From positions 1-64,000 of the IMG/VR virus record IMGVR_UViG_3300032296_003821: 64,000 nt of DNA; one strand, written 5' to 3'. The position numbers and the translations under genes are program-made. The notes under the pieces were generated by a model, which worked only from the letters and a program-made list of their open reading frames with translations, did not search any database and had not been told where the DNA came from. Position 1 is the stretch's first letter, and the number at the start of each line of letters is the position of its first letter. Source of the DNA: a virus. Below are positions 28,372-36,833 of this stretch, in pieces.

Positions 28372-28997
28372 TGGAAATTTTTACTATGTTTACAACTATA
28401 ATTGTAGCATTAATCACAGCTGTGGTTGGTCCTATTGTAGTTAATTGGGTAAAACTTAAAATGGAGAAAAAAGAAGATAAAACTCCTGTACGTGAGGCCC
28501 TTGAAACTTCTAACTTAATAGAAGATCAATTAGATGCCATAATGGAAGAACTTGATTGTGATCGTATTTGGTTAGCCCAATTTCATAATGGAGGACATTT
28601 TTACCCTACAGGTAAATCTATTCAGAAGTTTTCATTTTTTCATGAAAAAACATCCCCGAATACCCCAAATATTCAACATACATTCCAAAATATCCCAGTA
28701 TCTCTATTCCCTAGAGTATTAGCTAAAATTTATAAAGACACAGAATTAGCTATTGATGATGTAAGTACAGCTGAAGACACATATGGTTTAGAACATTTAA
28801 CTCTACAATTTGGAACTAAATCTATTTGTATGCTTGGCTTGTATAGTTTAGATGATCATTTAATTGGTGTGTTAGGTATATCATTTAAAGAACCACATCA
28901 CCTAGTAAGAGATGAATGGTCTTTTATCAGACAGAAAACAGGAGTGATAGGAACACTACTTTCCGAATATTTATACACAAATAACAAGAAGAAATAA
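28371..28997 (+). CDS. TM plus GAF-like domain protein, candidate T4 gpT-like holin
   Basis: N-terminal TM helix, then L.CDRIW..QFHNG...IGVLGISF GAF-like pattern. Confidence 0.55.
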   Translation: MEIFTMFTTIIVALITAVVGPIVVNWVKLKMEKKEDKTPVREALETSNLIEDQLDAIMEELDCDRIWLAQFHNGGHFYPTGKSIQKFSFFHEKTSPNTPNIQHTFQNIPVSLFPRVLAKIYKDTELAIDDVSTAEDTYGLEHLTLQFGTKSICMLGLYSLDDHLIGVLGISFKEPHHLVRDEWSFIRQKTGVIGTLLSEYLYTNNKKK

Positions 28998-29587
28998 TGG
29001 ATAATTTTGACTTAAAAAAATTCTTAAAGGAAAGCAAAGCCATTGAGAACTTAAATCCTTCTATTAAAGCCATAAACGAAGGCGAAGCCGCTTACGAATA
29101 TGAAAAAGGTAAGAAAGAAGGAGAAGAAATCGAAAAGAAAAAAATGACCAAAGAGGCAATGAAAAAACAAATCAAAGATATGATTGTTGCTGAATTAGAT
29201 GGTGCCGCTGTTGCAGCTGAAGACTATGACCCAGTTTACGAAGACAATGACCCAGGAGAAGAAGAAGCAGATATGATGGATGCTTATGCTGATGGTGGGT
29301 TTTTAGATGAAGCTAAAAAAGATAAAGAAGAAGACGTTGAAGACGTTGAAGTAACTGACACTGAAGAAGAAATGCCTGCCGATGAAGAAATGCCTGCTGA
29401 AGAAGCACCTGCTGGTGGTTTAGAAGATATCGCTGCTGACATGGAAGGTACTGAAGGTGATCTTATGGATCATCTTATGAAAGCATTCCAGATTGCAAAA
29501 GGAATGGGTAATGAAAAACTTGAAACACAAGTCGGAAACACACTTAAATTTTTCGTTAGCGAATATATTGGTGGTGGAGAAGGCTAA
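28997..29587 (+). CDS. acidic putative internal head/prohead core protein
   Basis: Leader MDNFDLKKFLKE; very E/D-rich; ATATTTAT at 28967-28974. Confidence 0.65.
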   Translation: MDNFDLKKFLKESKAIENLNPSIKAINEGEAAYEYEKGKKEGEEIEKKKMTKEAMKKQIKDMIVAELDGAAVAAEDYDPVYEDNDPGEEEADMMDAYADGGFLDEAKKDKEEDVEDVEVTDTEEEMPADEEMPAEEAPAGGLEDIAADMEGTEGDLMDHLMKAFQIAKGMGNEKLETQVGNTLKFFVSEYIGGGEG

Positions 29588-29616
29588 TATTTAATAATCT
29601 ATAATTAATAAAATCT

Positions 29617-29787
29617 ATGAACACAACACAACTTTTAGACGCAATCAAAGAACAAGTTGCTATTATGGAAGCTGAGCATGCTAAAACATCTAAAGCAGCT
29701 CGCGGACGTGCACGTAGTGCAGCTAATAGTATTAAAAAACTTGCAGCAGATTTCAAAAAGACATCAACTGCAGAAGACAAAGCTTAA
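29617..29787 (+). CDS. histone H1-like protein (Hc1 family), 56 aa, not in ORF track
   Basis: MNTTQLLDAIKEQVAIMEAEHAKTSKAARGRARSAANSIKKLAADFKKTS matches the KAA..RAR......K....F.K.S pattern of bacterial Hc1. Confidence 0.8.
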   Translation: MNTTQLLDAIKEQVAIMEAEHAKTSKAARGRARSAANSIKKLAADFKKTSTAEDKA

Positions 29788-29790
29788 GAA

Positions 29791-30597
29791 ATGAAACTAC
29801 ATGAGGCATTTTCACCAGACGAATCTAAAAAAATCTATGACAATTTTTTGGCAATCGTAAATGATCCAAAACGTCGTGATAGATTAGTTAGAAAGCATGG
29901 TAAAAATGCCGAAAATGTAGCTTATGGTACTGCTGTAAATCAAGTAAAAAAACAAGCAGCCAACAACATTGAAGAACCACAACCCGAAGAAACAATGGAA
30001 AACAATAGATTGAGAGAAATGGTTATTGATGCTTTAACAGAGAAAAAATCAACAGCATTCACTTCAGAATATGATGATAAATTCACTGATAAACGTAAAA
30101 ATTTACCTGATGGATTACAAAAATCTATTTTAAAAAAACAAGGTAAATTAGAAGAAGACCTTGACCTAGGCCATACCGATGATGAACCGCATATGATTAA
30201 AGCAGAACTTTACCAAATCGGTACATATGCTTTGGAACTTTATAAAATGCTTAACAAGTTTGAAGGCCCTCAAGAAGTCGATCTTCCAGCTTGGTGGCAG
30301 TCAAAAATTACTACTGCTAAAAATATGGTTTCTTCGGCAAAACACTATCTTGATTTTGAGTTAAAAGAACCAAAACTTGATGCTATCATAAGTGCTCAAG
30401 ATAAAGAAGAAGCAATTGATGAAAAATTAAAACCTTCTATGGGTGCAGGTGCATATGTTGATGATTTTAGAAAATCTGATGCACCACAATTCAAAGGTAA
30501 ATCAAAAGCGAAAAAAAATAAAATGGCTGTAGCCGCTTATTTGTCTGCTAAAGATAAAATCAAAGAAGCTATTTTAGCTAAACTTAAAGAAAAATAA
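29791..30597 (+). CDS. putative internal head protein, modular
   Basis: Modules separated by LTE, LEE and IDE; GHTDDEPHM and LPAWWQSKI motifs; basic C-terminus. Confidence 0.65.
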   Translation: MKLHEAFSPDESKKIYDNFLAIVNDPKRRDRLVRKHGKNAENVAYGTAVNQVKKQAANNIEEPQPEETMENNRLREMVIDALTEKKSTAFTSEYDDKFTDKRKNLPDGLQKSILKKQGKLEEDLDLGHTDDEPHMIKAELYQIGTYALELYKMLNKFEGPQEVDLPAWWQSKITTAKNMVSSAKHYLDFELKEPKLDAIISAQDKEEAIDEKLKPSMGAGAYVDDFRKSDAPQFKGKSKAKKNKMAVAAYLSAKDKIKEAILAKLKEK

Positions 30598-31091
30598 TGA
30601 CACGCGAAGAACTTGTAAATAGACTCAAGGCTTTAACTAAGCAGGTGTACTCAAACATGACAGTAACACCTGAAGAGGCAGTTCAATATGATGAACTGAC
30701 CAAATTCCCTGAGCTTAAAAAAGTTATCGTTGACCTATTAACCCCAGAATATGATAGCTTTGTAGCATCAATTGATTGGGTTGCACCACGTCCTTCTACA
30801 TTTAGAATCAATTTACAAAACGGACAACTGTTTTATTTGATCTATGGTAAACGTAGTTGGATTGCACAGGTAGAAGGTAAAAAATATTACCTACTTAATT
30901 TACCTGAAGAAGAAAGAGCTGCTATGTCTATAGCAAATATTTTACGCTATGGTGCTAAAGCAGAAGAAGGAACAGAAATGGGGGCTGAAGGTGGAGCAGC
31001 TGATCTAGGAGCTGAACTCCCAGGAGCAGAAGCCCCAGCAGCAGAAACCCCACCAGCTGAAACACCAGAAGAAACACCAGCAGAAGCATAA
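30597..31091 (+). CDS. hypothetical protein with acidic Pro/Ala tail
   Basis: ORF translationally coupled (TAATG) on both sides. Confidence 0.7.
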   Translation: MTREELVNRLKALTKQVYSNMTVTPEEAVQYDELTKFPELKKVIVDLLTPEYDSFVASIDWVAPRPSTFRINLQNGQLFYLIYGKRSWIAQVEGKKYYLLNLPEEERAAMSIANILRYGAKAEEGTEMGAEGGAADLGAELPGAEAPAAETPPAETPEETPAEA

Positions 31092-32089
31092 TGGATATTT
31101 TAGAACAATTTATACGAAGCGTATCTTACAAATTTCCAAAAGGATACCCTGATATGAAGGATCCTAAGGATGTTGAATTTCTTAATAAACTAATAAGTGA
31201 AGTAGTTGATCCTAAAATGGTTATCAACGAACAACAAACCGAATACGATGATCGTATTAAAGAAGCTTTAGGTGTAGAACAAATTCCAATATGTCAAACA
31301 CCACTTGAGATAGGAAAAGATTTTAATTTAAGTGGAAAAGATGCTGAAATTTGGAAAAAATTATTTGGCGTTAAACCAATAGCAGCCAGAACAGGTAAAC
31401 AAACCGCTGGATCTGGTAATGGTGAAGTTTCTACATATTGGGCATTTCAATACAACAAAACTGGAAAATTCCAAGTAGAAGATAGACGAGGTGCTGACAA
31501 CCCAGATTTAATAATCAACAACTTAGGTGTTGAAATTAAAGACTATGGTTCCAAAATGATTACCTTAGGTAAATTTTTTGGTGATAAAAAATCATATGGT
31601 CTTTTAAGTAACTTATTTGGATTCAAAAGCTTACTTGAAGCCCTTAAAGAAAACAAATTCCCAGAAGAATCTACAGCCAACCCAGGAACATTTAAATCTT
31701 CTGAATTAGTAGATGCTGCTCGTTTAATGTTAAGTTTCTATAAAGAAGCTAAACTAAAAGAATTTGCTGAAAAATATCAATTTGAAATAGTACTAAACCT
31801 ATTTAAACGTGTAGAAGCTATTTTAAATGAACTTCAACTTGGTTCAGGTGCATCACCAGAAGATGTAGCTGGTGGTATTTTAAAAACCATGATTAAAACA
31901 AAACTTAATAAAAAACCATTAATTGGTCAAGCTAAGGGATATGTTTTAAATGTTAATGTGACTGGTTTAGGAGATTTCGTTGAAATTACAAACGAAAAAA
32001 TAGATGCACTTAACAATGAAGATTTGTTAAATAATGTAGCTGTTACTTCATCTGAAATGAAAATGAATTTTGATGCTTTATTCAAATAA
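31091..32089 (+). CDS. putative PD-(D/E)XK endonuclease with N-terminal leader
   Basis: GNGEV...PDL.....VEIK catalytic-like pattern; leader ending VINE. Confidence 0.55.
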   Translation: MDILEQFIRSVSYKFPKGYPDMKDPKDVEFLNKLISEVVDPKMVINEQQTEYDDRIKEALGVEQIPICQTPLEIGKDFNLSGKDAEIWKKLFGVKPIAARTGKQTAGSGNGEVSTYWAFQYNKTGKFQVEDRRGADNPDLIINNLGVEIKDYGSKMITLGKFFGDKKSYGLLSNLFGFKSLLEALKENKFPEESTANPGTFKSSELVDAARLMLSFYKEAKLKEFAEKYQFEIVLNLFKRVEAILNELQLGSGASPEDVAGGILKTMIKTKLNKKPLIGQAKGYVLNVNVTGLGDFVEITNEKIDALNNEDLLNNVAVTSSEMKMNFDALFK

Positions 32090-32090
32090 T

Positions 32091-32969
32091 ATGGACAAGA
32101 CTCGCCTTAAAAAACTCATCCAAGAAGTATATCACCATGTTACAGAAGAAAAATGTAGCTGTGGTTGTAACACTTGTGAAAACGTAGGTAACGCTGGCGT
32201 TATCTTAAACGAAAGTATAGCTCCAAGGGAAATATTATCGGAAAATCTGCGTTATCACGTGGAAAATAAACTCCCACTTACTGAAAATACGTTCCGATAT
32301 GGTTCCAAATCGTTTCTTAATTTATGGGCAGAAGCTCGTTCATTGTATTTACGTGAAGTAATTCATGTTAACGATGATGATAAAGAAATTTTAGAGGAAA
32401 CTGATCTTGGAAACTATGGAATGTATGAAGGTGTTAAAGTACCTTTAGACTTACCTATGTTAGAGGAAGGTGAAGAAGAATTAAATATAGGAGATATCAT
32501 TGAAATTAACCCTAAAGAATTTCCTAACTTTGAATTCCCATATGGCACTGAAGGTGAAATTGAAGATATAAACAAAGCAGATTACGCTAGTGACGATTTA
32601 GTCTATACAGTTAAAATCAAATATATTGATAGTCAAGGAGATGAAGCTAATACTTTACATATTGAAAATTCATCTCAATATTTGAATGAAACTGAGAAAA
32701 AGAAAACACCACCAATTGGAAAACCAAAACGTGGTGGATCTAAAAAATTCTACGTTTACGTTAGAGATAAAGGAAAAGTTAAAAAAGTATCTTTCGGACA
32801 AGCAGGTATGTCTGCTAAAATAAATGACCCAAAAGCACGCCGTGCATTTGCTGCTCGTCATGATTGTAAAAATAAAAAAGACAGAACAAAACCATCTTAT
32901 TGGTCATGTCGCTTACCAAGATATGCTAAATTACTTGGATTAAAATCATCTTTTTCAGGATTCTGGTGA
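32091..32969 (+). CDS. putative head protein with basic Cys/His C-terminal domain
   Basis: Leader MDKTRLKKLIQE; KKFYVYV...KKVSFG...FAARH.C...YWSCR. Start moved to 32091. Confidence 0.7.
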   Translation: MDKTRLKKLIQEVYHHVTEEKCSCGCNTCENVGNAGVILNESIAPREILSENLRYHVENKLPLTENTFRYGSKSFLNLWAEARSLYLREVIHVNDDDKEILEETDLGNYGMYEGVKVPLDLPMLEEGEEELNIGDIIEINPKEFPNFEFPYGTEGEIEDINKADYASDDLVYTVKIKYIDSQGDEANTLHIENSSQYLNETEKKKTPPIGKPKRGGSKKFYVYVRDKGKVKKVSFGQAGMSAKINDPKARRAFAARHDCKNKKDRTKPSYWSCRLPRYAKLLGLKSSFSGFW

Positions 32970-33376
32970 TGGATAGATTAGATAAACTTATCAACGAAGT
33001 TCTTTCTGAAGAAAAGAAAAAACGTGACAGATGTCTTCGTATTGCAGACCGCAAATACGACAAACCATCTGCTTACAAATCTGGCGCTGTTGTAAAATGC
33101 CGCAAAGGAATGATTTGGAAAGGCTTAAAAGAAGAAGTTATTCAAGAAAAAGTAAAAGAAACCCTCCGCACTTGGTTCAAACGTAAAGGAACACCTGGTA
33201 AAAAAGGTGGATGGGTTGATTGTAATGCACCAATCAGAAAAGATGGTAAAGTAACAGGATATAAAGCATGTGGACGTGAAGAAGGTGAAAAACGTTCAAA
33301 ATATCCATCATGTCGTCCTACACCTGCTCAATGTAAAACACCTGGTAAAGGTAAAAAATGGGGAAAAACAAAATGA
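32969..33376 (+). CDS. basic Cys-rich putative DNA-binding head protein
   Basis: Leader MDRLDKLINEVLSE; PSAY.SG..VKCR, L..WF, WVDC, CGR, YP.CRP. Confidence 0.7.
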   Translation: MDRLDKLINEVLSEEKKKRDRCLRIADRKYDKPSAYKSGAVVKCRKGMIWKGLKEEVIQEKVKETLRTWFKRKGTPGKKGGWVDCNAPIRKDGKVTGYKACGREEGEKRSKYPSCRPTPAQCKTPGKGKKWGKTK

Positions 33377-33618
33377 TTAGTTTATTAGAGTTATTGAAAC
33401 AACAGGAATCACCTGAATCTCCACCTTACATGTATTCACCTGTGGGGTTTGGATGCCATGTTTGTAAATTTTATTATATGGAAGACGACAAACATATGTG
33501 CGGCAATTCATATTACAAACATTATATGAAAACTAATGAACTTATAGATGAAGAAGGAAATCAAATTAAAGATCCTTCAAAATGGTGTTCAAATTGGTTT
33601 TTACCAAAAGATGAATGA
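33373..33618 (+). CDS. small HiPIP-like four-Cys protein with MISL..LLK leader
   Basis: CHVCKFY...C...P.KWCSNW. Start moved to 33373 (ATGA overlap). Confidence 0.6.
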   Translation: MISLLELLKQQESPESPPYMYSPVGFGCHVCKFYYMEDDKHMCGNSYYKHYMKTNELIDEEGNQIKDPSKWCSNWFLPKDE

Positions 33619-33875
33619 GACCCTATATAGACATAGAAGTTACTGACAAATATATTATTCGCGAATTTAGCGAAAATATAGACCCAATTGAACTATTATG
33701 GCATCGTGATGATGAAGATAGAACAGTTGAAATCCTAGAAGATACAGACTGGAAACTCCAATTAGAAGATCAGTTGCCTACCTCCCTAAAAGAACGTATA
33801 TTTATACCAAGACACGAATGGCATAGAGTCATTAAAGGAACTGGTACTTTAAAATTAAAAATACATAAATCATGA
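33615..33875 (+). CDS. cupin-fold protein
   Basis: WHRD.E.R and IFIP..EWHRVIKG. Confidence 0.7.
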   Translation: MRPYIDIEVTDKYIIREFSENIDPIELLWHRDDEDRTVEILEDTDWKLQLEDQLPTSLKERIFIPRHEWHRVIKGTGTLKLKIHKS

Positions 33876-34141
33876 AGCTAGACGGCTTAAAACAATTGGT
33901 AAAAGAAGAACTTAAACGTGCTTTAAATGAAGAACTTAAAGACCAAGTTCCTACTGAACCTGGAAAATATAAAGTAGAATATACTATTGATGGTGGTTCA
34001 GGTGGTGATGATGAAATAGTAACTATCACTCAAGAAGATATAGATAATGCTGAGGGCTCAACAAAAATATGGCAATATAAAATTGATAACCATCTTTTTG
34101 GACGTGGTGATAGAGTAATGAGTGTTAAAAAAATAACATAA
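33872..34141 (+). CDS. small protein with LKQLVKEE leader
   Basis: MKLDGLKQLVKEELKRALNEE. Confidence 0.7.
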   Translation: MKLDGLKQLVKEELKRALNEELKDQVPTEPGKYKVEYTIDGGSGGDDEIVTITQEDIDNAEGSTKIWQYKIDNHLFGRGDRVMSVKKIT

Positions 34142-34142
34142 A

Positions 34143-34871
34143 ATGAATAAAGAAACTTTACGTATGCAAATGTTGGCTGGTATTATTACAGAGAGTCAAT
34201 ATAAAGAAAAAATGAATGAAAATAATGTTGGGAGTGTTGATGTTTCTCTAGTAAAAGATTTAATGAATGATCCCAATGTTAAAAAAATAACTGCTAAACT
34301 TAAAGCGGATCCTGAAGCACTTAAAAAAACCATTAAATTTGTTTCAACATATGCTAATAAAGAAGTCCCATTAAATGAAAATGATAAAATAACTAATTTA
34401 ATGATGCAAAAACTAGCAGTAGATGAAATTCCATGGAAAGAATTTGTTAAAAAGGGAGATATATTATACTTAGGTGATAAACCTCTTGAATCTTACACAA
34501 CAGAAGAATTAGCTAGTTTAATTAAAGCTTCTCGAGCTGATAAAGAAGCTCAAACAGCAGCAGAAAAAGCAAGAGAAGAAAAAGCAAGAGAAGAGGCTAA
34601 AAAACAGCTTCAAATGAATAAAAAAGATAAATTATATTCTATTGCTAGTTGGTTAGGATTTCCTGCTCTTTTAGGATCAATGATGGCTGGATTTGTAGAT
34701 TCTGCTGCACCCGGAGGAGTAGTGTTAGTAAGTGCTTTAACGGCGGCATTGCTTGGTTTAGGAGTTGGAGCTCTTGCTACTAAAGGATTTAAAGAAAAAG
34801 TATTACATGAAGAAGATATGAGTATTGAAGACCAAATTCAAAAAATTATTGATTTAGGAAAATCAATGTAA
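34143..34871 (+). CDS. protein with RMQxLAG leader and C-terminal TM hairpin
   Basis: MNKETLRMQMLAGIITE; two hydrophobic helices near the C-terminus. Confidence 0.7.
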   Translation: MNKETLRMQMLAGIITESQYKEKMNENNVGSVDVSLVKDLMNDPNVKKITAKLKADPEALKKTIKFVSTYANKEVPLNENDKITNLMMQKLAVDEIPWKEFVKKGDILYLGDKPLESYTTEELASLIKASRADKEAQTAAEKAREEKAREEAKKQLQMNKKDKLYSIASWLGFPALLGSMMAGFVDSAAPGGVVLVSALTAALLGLGVGALATKGFKEKVLHEEDMSIEDQIQKIIDLGKSM

Positions 34872-34921
34872 TATATAGACAGATTCATAGCCTGTCGACT
34901 TAAAAAAAAATTAATAGAGCT

Positions 34922-34955
34922 GTGGCCTAATCTTTGGATTAGGTCACTTTTTTTT
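34922..34955 (+). terminator. intrinsic terminator
   Basis: 11-bp stem GTGGCCTAATC/GATTAGGTCAC followed by T8. Confidence 0.85.
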
Positions 34956-34964
34956 GTATCTTTA
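34933..34964 (+). promoter_or_regulatory. Bacteroidota sigma-A-type promoter overlapping the terminator
   Basis: TTTG-N20-TATCTTTA. Confidence 0.65.
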
Positions 34965-34979
34965 AATATAAAATAGAAT

Positions 34980-36275
34980 ATGGACAAGAAAATAGTAATA
35001 GTAGGAGCCGGAGTAGCAGGTGTGAATGCGGCAACAAAATTAGTGGATAACGGTTATCCTGGAGAATTAATCACAGTAATTGATATGGGTAAAGATCCAT
35101 ACAAACGTAAACCTGAAGAAGTAATGACAGGTTTTCTTGGTGCTGGAGGTTGGTCAGATGGTAAATTGACTTATCATACTGCAATTGGAGGACAGTTATC
35201 AAAATACTGTGGTGATGATAAAGCAATGGAATTGATGGATCAAGTGATTACCAATTTCAAACGTTTTCACCCTAAACCTGAAGAAGTACAATGTTCAAAC
35301 CCTGTTGAGGAACCTGAATTTATCAAACCATATTTTGGTCTACGTTTATTCCCAGTATGGCACGTTGGAACAGATTATCTATCTGAAATTGCTAAAAACT
35401 GGTACGATTATTTAGTATCTAAAGGTGTTGTATTTCATTGGGAAACTAAAGTAGAATCTATTGATTTTAAAAATAACCGAGCTTACACACATAATGCTGA
35501 TATCACATATGATGAACTTATTTTCGGTGTAGGCAAATCAGGTATTGACTTTGCTCAAGAATTAGCCCAAGAATATAAACTCCCAGATGAACCTAAATCA
35601 GTTCAAATCGGAGTACGTTTTGAAGCACCACAAGAACACTTTCAAAAACTAATCGATATTTCATATGACTTTAAGTTATATAGAAAATTTGATGATGAAG
35701 GAGTATCGTTACGTTCATTCTGTACAAACAATAATGCCGCTTATGTTGCTGTAGAAGAAACATATGGAGATCACAGTTACAATGGTCACGCTAAGAAAGA
35801 TGAAGCGTATAGAAACAACATGACTAACTTCGGTATATTGATGGAAATCAATGGTATTGAAGATCCATTTACTTGGTCACGAGAAGTTGTAAATAAACTA
35901 CAATCAAATGGAACTGGTTTGTATTATAGTCCATCTCGTCAACCATCTACTACATCTGAAGGTAATAATGTAACTGCTACTCAAATTAGTTTAGATACAT
36001 TAACTCATGTTGTAGAACCTGCTATGGGTGGTTATTTTAAGTATGTAATGGATTTTATTATGGATATGAAAAAAGTATTTCCAACACTGCAAAATGATTG
36101 GGGTATGTATATTCCTGAAGTAAAATACTTGTCACCTGAAGTGAAAGTAGATTATAGTAATCTTAGTTTAGTAGATTATCCTAACGTACATTTCGTAGGT
36201 GATGCTTTGAGTGCACGTGGTATTACAGTGTCAGGAGCGCAAGCAATTTATGTAGCAGAAAGTTTTTTAAAATAA
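34980..36275 (+). CDS. FAD-dependent oxidoreductase (COG2509/HI0933-like)
   Basis: IVGAGVAG, G.LGAG.WSDGKL, IGVRFE, RSFC.N, NGH, FVGD. Confidence 0.9.
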   Translation: MDKKIVIVGAGVAGVNAATKLVDNGYPGELITVIDMGKDPYKRKPEEVMTGFLGAGGWSDGKLTYHTAIGGQLSKYCGDDKAMELMDQVITNFKRFHPKPEEVQCSNPVEEPEFIKPYFGLRLFPVWHVGTDYLSEIAKNWYDYLVSKGVVFHWETKVESIDFKNNRAYTHNADITYDELIFGVGKSGIDFAQELAQEYKLPDEPKSVQIGVRFEAPQEHFQKLIDISYDFKLYRKFDDEGVSLRSFCTNNNAAYVAVEETYGDHSYNGHAKKDEAYRNNMTNFGILMEINGIEDPFTWSREVVNKLQSNGTGLYYSPSRQPSTTSEGNNVTATQISLDTLTHVVEPAMGGYFKYVMDFIMDMKKVFPTLQNDWGMYIPEVKYLSPEVKVDYSNLSLVDYPNVHFVGDALSARGITVSGAQAIYVAESFLK

Positions 36276-36280
36276 AAGTT

Positions 36281-36811
36281 ATGAGAATAGGATTTTGTGG
36301 AACAATTTCAGTTGGTAAAACAACATTAGTTAATGCATTAAGAGAATTACCTGAATTTGCTGATTATGAATTTAGAACAGAGCGTTCAAAATACTTACGT
36401 GATTTAGGTATTCCATTAAACACTGACTCAACATTAAAAGGTCAATTTGTATTTTTGGCTGAACGTTCAAGTGAATTATATTTAGAAAATGTAATTACTG
36501 ATCGTACTGTTATTGATGTAATGGCATTTACGCGTTTAGCTGATTCAATTCCATATTATATAGGTGATACATTAAACGAAGTTGCTGCTCATTTATTGCG
36601 CGAATATGACTATATTTTCTATGTTTCACCTGAGGGTGTTGAATTAGAAGATAATGGAGTGCGTGCTATAGATGAAAAATATCGAATGGAAATTGACCAA
36701 GAGATTTGTAAAATTATCGAGAAACATAAAACTAAAATCCCTCATTTCTCCAGATTATCAGGTACTACCGAGGAAAGAATCAAGAAATTGAAACAAGTAA
36801 TGGGTCTCTAA
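36281..36811 (+). CDS. NadR/AAA_28-type nucleoside/nucleotide kinase
   Basis: GTISVGKTTL, ITDRT.ID, YD..FY, EDNG.R, GTTEER. Confidence 0.85.
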   Translation: MRIGFCGTISVGKTTLVNALRELPEFADYEFRTERSKYLRDLGIPLNTDSTLKGQFVFLAERSSELYLENVITDRTVIDVMAFTRLADSIPYYIGDTLNEVAAHLLREYDYIFYVSPEGVELEDNGVRAIDEKYRMEIDQEICKIIEKHKTKIPHFSRLSGTTEERIKKLKQVMGL

Positions 36812-36833
36812 TATTTATAAATAAAATTAGACA

